From positions 24,215 to 88,214 of the forward strand of contig JAFZSK010000051.1 in NCBI GenBank assembly GCA_017620915.1: a stretch of DNA of 64,000 bases. The letters run 5' to 3'. Source of the DNA: Clostridia bacterium. Its GTDB lineage: Bacteria > Bacillota > Clostridia > UBA1212 > UBA1255. Shown here piece by piece: positions 28,055 through 37,976 of the stretch. Below the pieces are notes generated by a model that worked only from the letters and a program-made list of their open reading frames with translations, was not told where the DNA came from and did not search any database. Positions within the stretch are counted from its first letter, which is position 1, and each line of letters begins with the position of its first letter. The position numbers and the translations under genes are program-made.

Positions 28055-29176
28055 ATGCTCGAGATCAGAGAAGTAAAGACCCGGCGGGAGCAACGCGAGT
28101 TCGTGAAGCTGCCGCTTAAGTTGTACAAGGGCGATCCGTATTATGTGCCGATGCTGTACAGCGGCGAATTCGCGATATTCAAGCCCGATCACCCGTTTAA
28201 CAAAGTATGCGACACCGTGTGTTACACGGCATATAAAGACGGTGAGCCCGCGGGCCGCATACAGGGCATCATCCAGCGCGAGGCCAACCGGAAATGGGAC
28301 CAGAAGCGCGTGCGGTTTACGCGGTTTGACTGTATTGACGATGAGGAAGTCGCGGCGGCATTGTTCGCGAAAGTCGAAAGCTGGGCGAAGGACAAAGGCA
28401 TGGAGGAGTTCGTTGGCCCCCTGGGTTACTCCGACCTGGAGCGCGAAGGCCTGCTGATCGAGGGCTTCGACCAGCCCCAGACGTTTGAGGAACAGTACAA
28501 CTATCCGTACTATCAGCGGCTCATCGAGGCGTACGGGTTTGGAAAGGACGTGGACTGGCTGGAAAGCCGGCTGTACGAACCCGCGGAGGACAGCGAGCAG
28601 ATGATCGAGCTGGGACAGAAGATGCTCCGGCGGTACGGACTCCGGGTGTATCAGGCCAAAACACTGAACGAGCTGCTTAGCGAGCACGTTGACAAAATAT
28701 TCGACCTGATCGACAAAACTTACTCGCGGCTCTACGGCACCATGCCGCTCAGTGACGAGATCGTGGACAATTACGTCAAAGATTTCAAGATGATCGTGCG
28801 TGCGCAGGACGTAATGATGCTGTACGACAGTTCGGACAATCTCGTGGGCTTTGCGCTGATGTTTCCGTCAATTGCCGAAGCGGTCCGCAAGTCCCGCGGC
28901 TACATCACGCCCGCGTTCCTGGCGCGGTTTTTGAAGGCGAAGAAGCATCCGGAGATCATTGACCTCGCGCTGATCGGCATATTGCCCGAATGGGAGGCCA
29001 AAGGCGTCGCGGCGGTGATGATCGCGCTGCTGATGAAGATGCTCAAAGAGAGCGACCTGGATCACCTCGAGACCAACCTGATCCTGGAGGACAACTACCA
29101 CATGCAGAACCTGCTCAAACGCTTCAAACGCGAGCAGAACAAGCGCCGCCGCTGCTTCAAGAAACAGATCGGCTGA
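28055..29176 (+). CDS. GNAT-like acyl-CoA N-acyltransferase family protein
   Basis: 373 aa. The N-terminus MLEIREVKTRREQREFVKLPLKLYKGDPYYVPML is typical of a large GNAT-fold family. The C-terminal half repeats the GNAT-like fold. Confidence 0.45.
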   Translation: MLEIREVKTRREQREFVKLPLKLYKGDPYYVPMLYSGEFAIFKPDHPFNKVCDTVCYTAYKDGEPAGRIQGIIQREANRKWDQKRVRFTRFDCIDDEEVAAALFAKVESWAKDKGMEEFVGPLGYSDLEREGLLIEGFDQPQTFEEQYNYPYYQRLIEAYGFGKDVDWLESRLYEPAEDSEQMIELGQKMLRRYGLRVYQAKTLNELLSEHVDKIFDLIDKTYSRLYGTMPLSDEIVDNYVKDFKMIVRAQDVMMLYDSSDNLVGFALMFPSIAEAVRKSRGYITPAFLARFLKAKKHPEIIDLALIGILPEWEAKGVAAVMIALLMKMLKESDLDHLETNLILEDNYHMQNLLKRFKREQNKRRRCFKKQIG

Positions 29177-29201
29177 TTATACATATAAGGGGAGCTACTT
29201 T

Positions 29202-30104
29202 ATGAGACCATTTGCCATTATCACCGATTCCAGCTGCAATCTGGATTCCGCGCAGGCGCAGGAGTACGGCGTTGACGCCATCCTGCCGATGCATTTTTAT
29301 CTGGACGGCGTGGAGCACGACGCCAGCTGCGACTGGAAAGAGTTCAGCGCCAAAGATTATTATGCCGCCATCGGCAGCGGCGCCCGGATCAAGTCCTCGC
29401 AGGTCACGTCGTACCAGTATGAAGACGCGTTCCGGCGTTTCCTGGACCAGGGGTACGACATATTGTCAATATCCTGTGCGGAGGCGTTGTCCGGCTCCAT
29501 TCGGGAGAGCATCAACGCCGCCAAACGCATTGCCGGCGAATATCCGGACGCGAAGATATATTGCGTTGACAGCTACAACTGCTGCTACTCGCTGGCAATG
29601 GTGCTGATGGAAGCCTCAAAACTGCGGGCGGCGGGGGAGAGCATTGACAACGTGCGCGAATGGATCCTGACCAACCGCGAATTCTACAATGAAGTGGGCA
29701 CCGTGGATAAACTCATATATTTGCGCAACGCAGGCCGGGTCAGCGGGCCCGCCGCGCTGTTCGGCGGTATTTTCAGCGTCAAGCCCATCGTAGTGTACGA
29801 CGAGACCGGTCATAACGTCGCTGTCGAAAAAGTGATCGGCCGCCGCGGCTCTCTCGGGCGCGTGGCAGAGTACGTGAAGAAGTACGGCCGGCCGGAGGTC
29901 AACAACCACATCTACATCATCCACGGCGACTGCGCCGAAGACGCAGAGACGGTGGGCGAACTGATCCAGGCGCAGTTTCCGGATATTAAACTGGAGTTCA
30001 CATACGGCTACGTCGAATCCGGTGTGGGTTCGTCCGTGGGGCCGGGGACAATAATCGTTGACTTTTACGGCACCGGAGAACTTAGAAAATTAGGAAAGAA
30101 TTAG
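29202..30104 (+). CDS. DegV family fatty-acid-binding protein
   Basis: FAIITDSSCNL, the SSQVTSYQYEDAF region and SGSIRESINAAKRIAGEYPDAKIYCVDS are DegV/EDD signatures. The last 8 codons are encoded by the GAATTAGG repeat arm. Confidence 0.85.
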   Translation: MRPFAIITDSSCNLDSAQAQEYGVDAILPMHFYLDGVEHDASCDWKEFSAKDYYAAIGSGARIKSSQVTSYQYEDAFRRFLDQGYDILSISCAEALSGSIRESINAAKRIAGEYPDAKIYCVDSYNCCYSLAMVLMEASKLRAAGESIDNVREWILTNREFYNEVGTVDKLIYLRNAGRVSGPAALFGGIFSVKPIVVYDETGHNVAVEKVIGRRGSLGRVAEYVKKYGRPEVNNHIYIIHGDCAEDAETVGELIQAQFPDIKLEFTYGYVESGVGSSVGPGTIIVDFYGTGELRKLGKN

Positions 30105-30296
30105 GTTTAGTGCCTTAATAGAATTAGACTAATGCCTGAATAGAATTAGGCTTAGTGCTTTTATAGAATAAGGGAATTAGGGAATTGCGGAGCGGCCTAT
30201 TGACCGCGGATCTCACGCGCGGTAAGGAGCGGCGATCTCCTCGAGCGTGAATTCATCGCCGGCGGCGATACCGCAATTCCCTAATTCTATAAAAGT
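30085..30296. repeat. Composite element 2: GAATTAGG-type iterons (~22-bp period), 80-bp GC-rich core (30191-30270) with CCGCGGATCTCACGCGCGGT, then inverted terminal arm
   Basis: Left arm cttttatagaataagggaattagggaattgcgg. Right arm ccgcaattccctaattctataaaag is its reverse complement minus one unit. The core motif is at 30204-30223. Confidence 0.85.
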
Positions 30297-30306
30297 AAAA
30301 AAAGTG

Positions 30307-30335
30307 CTTGACAGTGAGCATACTTCGTGATATGA
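30307..30335 (+). promoter_or_regulatory. Sigma-70 promoter of the padR-DUF1700-DUF4097 operon
   Basis: TTGACA-17 nt-TATGAT, preceded by aaaaaagtgc, then SD GGGAGG before ATG 30366. Confidence 0.6.
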
Positions 30336-30365
30336 TGTATTCCACGAAGGGAGGTATGACGCGTC

Positions 30366-30683
30366 ATGGACATTCAACTCAAGCGCGGCCTTTTGGATGT
30401 GTGCGTGCTGGCGGCCATCAAGAATGAAGATTCATACGGGTACAAGATCATCAAAGATATGAAACCGTATGTCGAATTGTCCGAATCCACACTGTACACG
30501 ATATTGAAGCGGCTGGAGGCGGCGAGCATGTTGACCGTGCGCACCGCGGAACACGACGGCAGACTGCGGAAGTATTACCGCATCACCGGCGCGGGACTCC
30601 GGCGCATCGAGGCGTTCAAGGCCGAATGGAAAGAAGTCATATCTATTTACCGGTTTGTGTGCAAGGAGGACAACAATGCTTAA
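30366..30683 (+). CDS. PadR family transcriptional regulator
   Basis: 105 aa. LLDVCVLAAIKNEDSYGYKIIKDM ... STLYTILKRLE is a PadR winged HTH. Confidence 0.85.
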   Translation: MDIQLKRGLLDVCVLAAIKNEDSYGYKIIKDMKPYVELSESTLYTILKRLEAASMLTVRTAEHDGRLRKYYRITGAGLRRIEAFKAEWKEVISIYRFVCKEDNNA

Positions 30684-31278
30684 AACTGAATTTCTCGAAC
30701 AATTGCGGGCCGGGCTGGCCGGATTGCCGCAGGAGGATATTGACGGCCGCGTCGCGTTTTACAGCGAAATGATCGACGACCGCATGGAGGAGGGGCTTTC
30801 GGAAGAGGAGGCCGTGGCCGGCGCGGGAAAGATCAGCGATATCGTGACGGAAACGCTGAACGATATTCCGCTTAAAAAGATCGTGAAAGAGAATATGGCG
30901 ATCAAACGCTCGCGCAGCGGCTGGGAGATCGCGCTGCTCATACTGGGCTTCCCGCTGTGGTTCCCGCTGCTGGTCGCCGCGGTCGCGATACTGTTTTCGC
31001 TGTACATCGTGCTGTGGTCGCTGGTCATTACACTGTGGGCGATCGAAATGTCGTTTTGGGCGTGTGCGCTGGCCGGGCTCGTCATGGCGGTATTTTACGG
31101 CATTAAGGGCGATCTGCTGCCGTGCCTCGCGCTGCTGGGCCTCGGCCTGTTTGCCGCCGGGCTGTCAATACTGCTGTTCTTCGGCTGCGTCGCGGCCTCG
31201 AAGGGCATGATCCCGCTCACCAAAACGATACTGCGGGGCTTTAAAAAACTGTTCATCAGAAAGGAGCGCTCAAAATGA
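30676..31278 (+). CDS. DUF1700 family membrane protein
   Basis: Start at MLKTEFLEQL (SD AGGAGGA). Overlaps the padR end by 8 nt. Carries the conserved LxxLPxxEIDxxVAFYxEMIDD N-terminus plus a TM region. Confidence 0.7.
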   Translation: MLKTEFLEQLRAGLAGLPQEDIDGRVAFYSEMIDDRMEEGLSEEEAVAGAGKISDIVTETLNDIPLKKIVKENMAIKRSRSGWEIALLILGFPLWFPLLVAAVAILFSLYIVLWSLVITLWAIEMSFWACALAGLVMAVFYGIKGDLLPCLALLGLGLFAAGLSILLFFGCVAASKGMIPLTKTILRGFKKLFIRKERSK

Positions 31279-32120
31279 AAAAAGGATTTATTATCGCGGC
31301 GGTCGTGCTGATCGCGGCCGGGATCATACTGTTTACGGGGGCGCTGATCGCGGCGGATTTCGATACTACTAAACTGGGGACCGCAAAATACGAGACCAAC
31401 TCGTATACGCTCGACGAGCCGTTCCGAAATATAGATATCGATACGCACATTGCCGACATTATTTTTAAGCCCGCTGCGGACGGTATTGCCTGCGTGACGT
31501 GCTTCGAACAGACCAAAATGCGGCACACAGTGGCCGTAGAGGGCGGTACGCTCAAGATCGGCGTTGACGATGACCGCAGCCTGTTTGACCGCCTGTCGTT
31601 CTTTAACAAGCCATTGACCATAACAGTATACCTGCCTCAAAGCGAGTTTGACAATATCTCGATCCGTACTTCGACGGGCGACATACGGTTCGACAAGCTT
31701 TCGGCGAAGGAGATCAAGCTGAAAACGTCCACGGGCGATATTACAGTGAGTTCGGTCAACTGCTCCGGAACCGTTTCGGTGAAAGTCAGCACCGGCGATA
31801 TCAAATTCACCGATATCATGTGCAACACGCTGACGACCGAAGGCAGTACCGGCGATTTGTTACTTGACACCTGCATTGCCGCAAAATTCCGGATCAAAAC
31901 TTCCACCGGCGATGTGTGTTTTGACGGCAGCGACGCGGATGACATCACGGTCAAGACCTCTACCGGCGACGTGACGGGCTCGCTCCGCAGCGGCAAACGG
32001 TTCACGGTCAAGACCTCCACCGGCGATGTTTCCGTTCCGGCTTCCACGGACGGCGGCAATTGCGAGATCACGACGTCAACGGGAGACATTAATATTAAAG
32101 TGATTTGGTATATTGACTGA
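31275..32120 (+). CDS. DUF4097 family beta-strand repeat protein (putative adhesin-like)
   Basis: N-terminal TM helix, then repeated STGDI(x) beta-helix units. 4-nt overlap with the upstream gene. Confidence 0.7.
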   Translation: MKKGFIIAAVVLIAAGIILFTGALIAADFDTTKLGTAKYETNSYTLDEPFRNIDIDTHIADIIFKPAADGIACVTCFEQTKMRHTVAVEGGTLKIGVDDDRSLFDRLSFFNKPLTITVYLPQSEFDNISIRTSTGDIRFDKLSAKEIKLKTSTGDITVSSVNCSGTVSVKVSTGDIKFTDIMCNTLTTEGSTGDLLLDTCIAAKFRIKTSTGDVCFDGSDADDITVKTSTGDVTGSLRSGKRFTVKTSTGDVSVPASTDGGNCEITTSTGDINIKVIWYID

Positions 32121-32187
32121 TTCTACTAAGGTTGAAAGAAAGTCTGAAAAGTGGTATAATCCTTCTTGCAACAGGAGGTGCGGTACC

Positions 32188-33324
32188 ATGGTAAAAAACG
32201 GGTTTTTCCCGGAGATCAACGGCAACTTCGGTTTCGGATGCATGAGGCTCCCTATGAATGGGGACGAAGTTGACACAGAAGAGTTTGCGAGGATGGCGGA
32301 CGCGTTCGTTGACGCGGGGTTCAACTATTTCGACACCGCCCACGGGTACATCCGGGGCAAGTCGGAAACGGCCATCAGAGAAGTGGTAGCACGGCGGTAC
32401 GGCAGGGAGCGGTTCCTGCTGGCAAACAAGTTATCGGATCCATATTTCAGCAAAGAAGCGGACGTGCGGCCGCTGTTCGAGAAGCAGCTGGAGCTGTGCG
32501 GGGTCGAGTATTTCGACTTCTATCTGATGCACGCGCAGAACCGGAACAACTATTTAAAATTCAAAGAGTGCAAAGCGTACGAGACCTCCTTCCGGCTTAA
32601 GGAAGAAGGTCTTGTGCGTCATTTCTGCCTTTCATTCCATGACAAGCCCGAGGTGCTGGACATGATATTGACCGAGCATCCCGAGATCGAGGCGGTGCAG
32701 CTGCAGTTCAATTATATTGACTACGACGACCCGACCGTACAGGCGCGCGGAACGTACGAAGTGTGCGAAAAGCATGGCAAACCGGTGATCGTGATGGAGC
32801 CGGTCAAAGGCGGCAGCCTGGTGAATCTGCCGGAGGCGGCGGACAACGCACTGCGCGCCCTCGGCGGCGGGAGCAACGCCTCTTACGCGATCCGGTTCGC
32901 GGCAGGTTTCCCGAAGGTGGCAATGGTGCTTTCCGGCATGAGCAACTTCGACCAGATGGCGGACAATCTCGGCGCCATGACCGATTTCAAACCGTTGGAC
33001 GCCGTAGAACTGGACGCGCTCGCCGAAGTGTGCCGCGTGATCCGGAGCAGTAAGCAGATACCATGCACCGATTGCCGCTACTGCATCGAGGCCAACACCT
33101 GCCCGCAGGGCATCCAGATTCCGAAACTGTTCGCCGCGAAGAACACGTACGACATGTTTCACAACTGGAACACGAAATTTTACTACAATTCGGTGCTGAC
33201 GGGCGAGCAGCACGGCAAGGCCTCCGACTGCATACAGTGCGGCATGTGCGAGAGCGTGTGCCCGCAGGGGCTGGAGATCCGGCGGTTGCTGGAGACGGTG
33301 GCGGAGACGTTTGAAAAGCGTTGA
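32188..33324 (+). CDS. Aldo/keto reductase with C-terminal 4Fe-4S ferredoxin domain
   Basis: Start at MVKNGFF (SD AGGAGGTG). AKR core FDTAHGYIRGKSE. C-terminal CTDCRYCIEANTCP ... CIQCGMCESVCP. Confidence 0.75.
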   Translation: MVKNGFFPEINGNFGFGCMRLPMNGDEVDTEEFARMADAFVDAGFNYFDTAHGYIRGKSETAIREVVARRYGRERFLLANKLSDPYFSKEADVRPLFEKQLELCGVEYFDFYLMHAQNRNNYLKFKECKAYETSFRLKEEGLVRHFCLSFHDKPEVLDMILTEHPEIEAVQLQFNYIDYDDPTVQARGTYEVCEKHGKPVIVMEPVKGGSLVNLPEAADNALRALGGGSNASYAIRFAAGFPKVAMVLSGMSNFDQMADNLGAMTDFKPLDAVELDALAEVCRVIRSSKQIPCTDCRYCIEANTCPQGIQIPKLFAAKNTYDMFHNWNTKFYYNSVLTGEQHGKASDCIQCGMCESVCPQGLEIRRLLETVAETFEKR

Positions 33325-33348
33325 CCGCGTAAAAAACGAGAGGTGAGT

Positions 33349-34347
33349 ATGTTGACCGAACTGATCAAAAAAGGCTATATCGGCAACCCGGCGCAACTGG
33401 TGACGCTCCGGCGCGTGACCGTGGCGGAGGGCAAAGCGAAAGGCACCGGCATTATCGAAGTGCGCACCGCGGGCGGGCTGGAGCTGGACCTGCTGCCGGA
33501 CGCCGGTCTGGATATCGGGCAGTGCCGGTTCCGCGGTGTCAATATGAGCTGGATGAGCAAAAACGGCTACGACAGCCCGGCGGCGATATCGCCTTACGAG
33601 ACCGAATTCGTCAACACATTTCCGGGCGGCCTGCTGTACACCTGCGGCCTGCGCTCCGCCGGCCCCGCCAACCGGGACAACGGCGAATGGCACCCGCTCC
33701 ACGGCCGCTACCACAGCCTTCTGGCGGACAACATCACCACCGACATCAGCGGCGACGAACTGCTTGTCAAGGGAACGGTCCGCGAGACCGCACTGTTCGG
33801 CCACGTGCTGGAAGTGAAGCGCACGATCCGGATCCCGGTGCGGGGCGCATCGGTCACGGTGGAGGACGTGGTCACCAATCAGACCCATTTCGATGAAGAA
33901 ATAATGCAGATATATCACTGCAATTTCGGTTATCCGCTGCTTTCCGAGCGGGCGAAACTGGTATTGCCCTCCGCACGCCGTACGATCCCGCGCACCGAAT
34001 TTGCCGCCACCGGTCTGGGCCGGGAGTGCGTGTTTGACCCCCCGGTGCCCGGTGAGGAAGAGCGCGTATTCTTCCATCTGATGGAGCGGACATTTGCGGC
34101 GCGGCTGGAAAACCCGGAACTGGGCGTCAACATGAAGATCTCCTGGACCGGAGATACGCTGCCGGTATTATCCCAGTGGCGCTGCATGGCCGCGGGGGAC
34201 TACGTGCTGGGACTCGAGCCCACCAACTGCTATATTCACGGGCGGCACGAAGAGCGCGAGAACGGCACGCTGAAGGTGCTGCGCGCGTTTGAAAGCGTTA
34301 CAAATAAGGTAAAAATAGAGTTTTCGGAGGTTAAAAACAATGGCTGA
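33349..34347 (+). CDS. Aldose-1-epimerase-like (DUF4432/galactose mutarotase-like) protein
   Basis: Beta-sandwich family motifs HPLHGRYH, HCNFGYP, GLEPTNC. Confidence 0.55.
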   Translation: MLTELIKKGYIGNPAQLVTLRRVTVAEGKAKGTGIIEVRTAGGLELDLLPDAGLDIGQCRFRGVNMSWMSKNGYDSPAAISPYETEFVNTFPGGLLYTCGLRSAGPANRDNGEWHPLHGRYHSLLADNITTDISGDELLVKGTVRETALFGHVLEVKRTIRIPVRGASVTVEDVVTNQTHFDEEIMQIYHCNFGYPLLSERAKLVLPSARRTIPRTEFAATGLGRECVFDPPVPGEEERVFFHLMERTFAARLENPELGVNMKISWTGDTLPVLSQWRCMAAGDYVLGLEPTNCYIHGRHEERENGTLKVLRAFESVTNKVKIEFSEVKNNG

Positions 34348-35752
34348 GCTGAATAAGAAACTCACATTCGCACTGGCGTTCTGCAATCGCGGCTTCATGC
34401 CCGGCGAACTGATCTACGGCGCCCGGGACGATATGGTGAAAGCCGTTACCGACGCGGGATACGACTACATCATGATGGACGCTTCGCTCACCCGGTACGG
34501 CGGCATCGAGACCCGGGAAGAAGGCCTCTTGTACGCCCGCTGGCTCAAACAGCACGAAGGGGAGTACGACGGCGTGATATTCTCCATGCCGATATTTGCC
34601 GACGAAAACGGCGCGATCATGGCGCTGCAGGACGCGGGCGTGCCTATATTGATGCAGGCGTACCCCGACGAGATCGGAAAAATGGACTTCGCCCACCGCC
34701 GCGACGCGTACTGCGGCAAGTTCTCCGTCACCGACGTGTTCACCCAGTACGGCGTGCCGTTCACGGTGCTGAAGCCCCACGTGGTGCATCCGCTCACGCC
34801 GAAATTCCGGGAGAATCTGGACGAATTCGCCGCGGTGTGCCGCGTTGTCAACGGAATGAAGCGTTTCAACATCGGCTGCATCGGCGCCCGCACCACCGCG
34901 TTCAAGACCGTGCGGTTCGATGAGCTGGCGATGCAGAAATACGGCATCAACGTGGAGTCTTTTGACCTCAGCGAAGTATTCGCCAAGGTCGGGGCGAAGG
35001 CGGAAAACGACCCCGTTGTCTCCGCGAAAATAGAACACCTGAAAAATTACACCGACTTCTCCGGCGTGCCGGAACAGAACATGTTGACGCTGGGCAAGCT
35101 GGCGGTGGTCATTGACGAATATATCGCGGAGTACCGGCTCGACGCGCTGGCGCTGAGGTGCTGGAACGAGATGGAGACGTATCTCAGAGTGTGTCCGTGC
35201 GTGCTGCTCTCGGAACTGAACGACCGGGGCATCGCGGCGTCCTGCGAGATCGATATGTGTTCCGCAGTGAGCATGCGCGCGCTGACGCTGGCCTCCGGCA
35301 GACCTTCGGCGGTGCTGGACTGGAACAACAACTACGGCGACGATGAAAACAAAGTCATCCTGTTCCATTGCGGCCCCGTGGCGCAGGGCCTGATGACATG
35401 CAAGGGCACCGTCACCAACCACAAAATGTTCGACAAGACCGATCCGGGTTCGGGCTGGGGCTGCAACGAAGGCCGCATCAAACCGATGCCGATCACGATA
35501 TCCAACTGCCAGACCAAAGACGGCAAGATCGTGATGTACGCCTCCGAAGCGCGCTTTACCGACGAGCCCATCGAGGACGGTTTCTTCGGCTGCGGCGGCG
35601 TGGCGGAAGTGCCGGATCTCCAGAACAAGCTGATCAAACTGGCCCGCGGCGGATTCAAACACCATACCGCCGTAACGGAAGGACGCGTGCGCGACGTGCT
35701 CAAAGAGGCGTTCACCACGTACCTGCACTACGACTGGGTGGAGATCGAATGA
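34340..35752 (+). CDS. L-fucose/L-arabinose isomerase family protein
   Basis: 470 aa. FucI-like N-terminal Rossmann region (KLTFALAFCNRGFMPGE), and the C-terminal metal-site region HCGPVAQG ... WGCNEGR. Confidence 0.6.
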   Translation: MAELNKKLTFALAFCNRGFMPGELIYGARDDMVKAVTDAGYDYIMMDASLTRYGGIETREEGLLYARWLKQHEGEYDGVIFSMPIFADENGAIMALQDAGVPILMQAYPDEIGKMDFAHRRDAYCGKFSVTDVFTQYGVPFTVLKPHVVHPLTPKFRENLDEFAAVCRVVNGMKRFNIGCIGARTTAFKTVRFDELAMQKYGINVESFDLSEVFAKVGAKAENDPVVSAKIEHLKNYTDFSGVPEQNMLTLGKLAVVIDEYIAEYRLDALALRCWNEMETYLRVCPCVLLSELNDRGIAASCEIDMCSAVSMRALTLASGRPSAVLDWNNNYGDDENKVILFHCGPVAQGLMTCKGTVTNHKMFDKTDPGSGWGCNEGRIKPMPITISNCQTKDGKIVMYASEARFTDEPIEDGFFGCGGVAEVPDLQNKLIKLARGGFKHHTAVTEGRVRDVLKEAFTTYLHYDWVEIE

Positions 35753-37239
35753 AGATAGCGGGACTTGATATAGGCAGCACCGGCTGCAAATTCGTGGTCT
35801 TTGACGGAGCGGGCAACTACCTCGGCAAAGCGTACCGCGACTATCCGGTGCGGCGCAAAGTGGGAGGTCACGAAGTTGACGCCGCGGCGCTTATCGAGGG
35901 CATTTTCGAGGCGCTTACGGAGCTGGCGGCGCAGCATCCGGACATTGCCGGCATAGGCATCACCAGTTTCGGCGAGTCGTTCGTATTGACGGACGAACGG
36001 GGCGAACCGCTCCACGACGCCATGCTGTACACCGATCCCCGGGGCGCGGAAGAATGCCGCGAACTGACGGAGAAGCTCGGCGCGGACCGCATAATATCCA
36101 TCACCGGCCTGAAGCCCCACGAGATGTATTCCATCGGCAAGCTGATGTGGCTGAAGCGCCGCCGCCCGGAGGTGTACGCGCGGGCAAAACACGTCTGCCT
36201 GATGGCGGATCTTGCGGCAATGCGGCTCTGCGGCAGCTCGCTGATCGACTATTCGCTGGCCACGCGCACCATGGCGTTCGACATCAACACCCTCAGCTGG
36301 AGCCGGGAGATATTGACCGCGGCGGACATAGACGAATCGCTGTTTGACCGGCCGGTGCCCGCGGGCACGGTGGCGGGAAAGGTGCTGCCGGAAGTGGCGC
36401 GCCGCACGGGCATTGACCCGGAGTGTCGTATAATATTAGCGCCCCACGATCAGGTGGCCGCCGCGGTAGGTGCGGGGGCGTTTGACGGCAGTGTGGCGGT
36501 GGATGGCGCGGGCACGGTGCAGTGCCTGACCCCGATTTACGACAGCCTGCCGGACGCGCGGGTGATGAGCCGGGGCAATTTCTGCATTGTCCCACATGCC
36601 GTGCCGGGCAAGTACGCCACGTACGCGTTTTCGTACAGCGGCGGCGGACTGATGCAGTGGTACGTGGACAATTACGCCAAAAAAGAAGCGGAACTGGCCG
36701 CGGCGGAGGGGCTCACCGTACACAAATATCTCGAACGGCAATTCCGCTCCGAAGATCCCACCGGCATACTGGTGCTGCCGCATATTTCCGGCGCCGCCAC
36801 GCCGTACATGGATATCGGCTCCCGCGGCGCTTTCGTAGGCATCACCGCGGACACGGGCGTGACCGAACTGTACCGCGCCTGCATGGAGGGCGTGGTGTAC
36901 GAGATGCGGCTGAATTATGACGCGCTGAAGCCTACGGGCGTCCGTTTTACGAAGCTGAACGCCACCGGCGGCGGGGCAAAGTCCCGGATCTGGATGCAGA
37001 TGAAGGCGGACGTGCTGGGATTGCCCATCACCGCGCTCGAGACCGCGGACGCCGGCACGGTAGGGGCGGCAATGCTCACCGGCATCGCGGTGGGGCAGTT
37101 CCCGGACCTGGCCGCGGCGGCGAAGGCAATGGTGCGCGAGCGCGAAACGTATTACCCGCGGGCGGCAATGCACGCGAAATATATGGAGGTATACGAGCGG
37201 TACAGGAAACTGTACGAAGCGGTGCGGCCGCTGGTGTAA
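35749..37239 (+). CDS. FGGY-family carbohydrate kinase
   Basis: Start ATG overlaps the upstream stop (ATGA). N-terminus MKIAGLDIGSTGCKFVVFD. Motifs GGGA ... SRIWMQMKADVLGLPI. The long track ORF 35368.. is an upstream out-of-context extension. Confidence 0.75.
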   Translation: MKIAGLDIGSTGCKFVVFDGAGNYLGKAYRDYPVRRKVGGHEVDAAALIEGIFEALTELAAQHPDIAGIGITSFGESFVLTDERGEPLHDAMLYTDPRGAEECRELTEKLGADRIISITGLKPHEMYSIGKLMWLKRRRPEVYARAKHVCLMADLAAMRLCGSSLIDYSLATRTMAFDINTLSWSREILTAADIDESLFDRPVPAGTVAGKVLPEVARRTGIDPECRIILAPHDQVAAAVGAGAFDGSVAVDGAGTVQCLTPIYDSLPDARVMSRGNFCIVPHAVPGKYATYAFSYSGGGLMQWYVDNYAKKEAELAAAEGLTVHKYLERQFRSEDPTGILVLPHISGAATPYMDIGSRGAFVGITADTGVTELYRACMEGVVYEMRLNYDALKPTGVRFTKLNATGGGAKSRIWMQMKADVLGLPITALETADAGTVGAAMLTGIAVGQFPDLAAAAKAMVRERETYYPRAAMHAKYMEVYERYRKLYEAVRPLV

Positions 37240-37252
37240 GGAGAGTTTTTAA

Positions 37253-37972
37253 GTGGAAGTATTGAGGGAATTCAACTTTTTGTCCGTGTGCGTGCGGCTG
37301 CTGCTGGCGCTGGTCGCCGGCGGCGTGCTCGGTTTCGGGCGGGCGCGCAAGAAAGAGACCGCCGGACTGCGGACATATATCATTACCAGCGTGGGGGCGG
37401 CGTTGACCACACTGATCAGCTTTTATGTGTACGAGATGCTGAACGCGGACTGGGCCGCGGCCTCCGGGCTCGCCGAGATAAAATTCGACGGGTCGCGGTA
37501 CGCCGCGTGCGTCATCAGCGGCATCGGTTTTCTGGCGGCCGGCTCGATAATGCTGGTGATCCATCAGCAGGTGTCGGGATTGACCACGGCGATCGGGCTG
37601 TTCGTGTCCGCGTGCGTGGGCATTGCCGCCGGCATGGGCTTCTACGAAGCGGTGCTGGTATCGGTGGTGCTGATCGTGCTGGTAATGGAAGTAATGCATC
37701 CTCTGGAGATCACGTTCAAACGCAAGATGCGCAACATGACGATCCATGTGTACTTCGATGAACTGGAGCATCTGGATCTGATCACCGACACGGTGCGGGG
37801 AGAAGGAGCGACGGTGTACGAATTCGAACTGGAGGACCTCGCGGCAAGCAGACAGCAGGCTTCGGTAATTCTCACGGTCAAGCTGGCAAAGCGCAAAGCC
37901 TCGCACTCCGCTATTTTGTCGACCATTGCGGAACTGCCTTGCGTCACTTCGGTGCAGGAACTGATTTCTTAA
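37253..37972 (+). CDS. MgtC/SapB family membrane protein (paralogue 1)
   Basis: N-terminus LLLALVAGGVLGFGRARKKETAGLRTYIITSVGAAL, then the MgtC TM core and a C-terminal ACT-like domain. Confidence 0.75.
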   Translation: MEVLREFNFLSVCVRLLLALVAGGVLGFGRARKKETAGLRTYIITSVGAALTTLISFYVYEMLNADWAAASGLAEIKFDGSRYAACVISGIGFLAAGSIMLVIHQQVSGLTTAIGLFVSACVGIAAGMGFYEAVLVSVVLIVLVMEVMHPLEITFKRKMRNMTIHVYFDELEHLDLITDTVRGEGATVYEFELEDLAASRQQASVILTVKLAKRKASHSAILSTIAELPCVTSVQELIS

Positions 37973-37976
37973 GGGG

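Noticed and set aside
27848-28687. 279-aa minus-strand ORF overlapping the GNAT-like gene start
   Set aside because: It would overlap the plus-strand gene's SD and N-terminus. No motifs. Likely an artefact.
35368-35748. Upstream 127-codon in-frame extension of the FGGY kinase ORF
   Set aside because: It lies entirely within the isomerase gene in another frame. The kinase start at 35749 has the conserved MKIAGLDIGSTG N-terminus and ATGA stop-start coupling.
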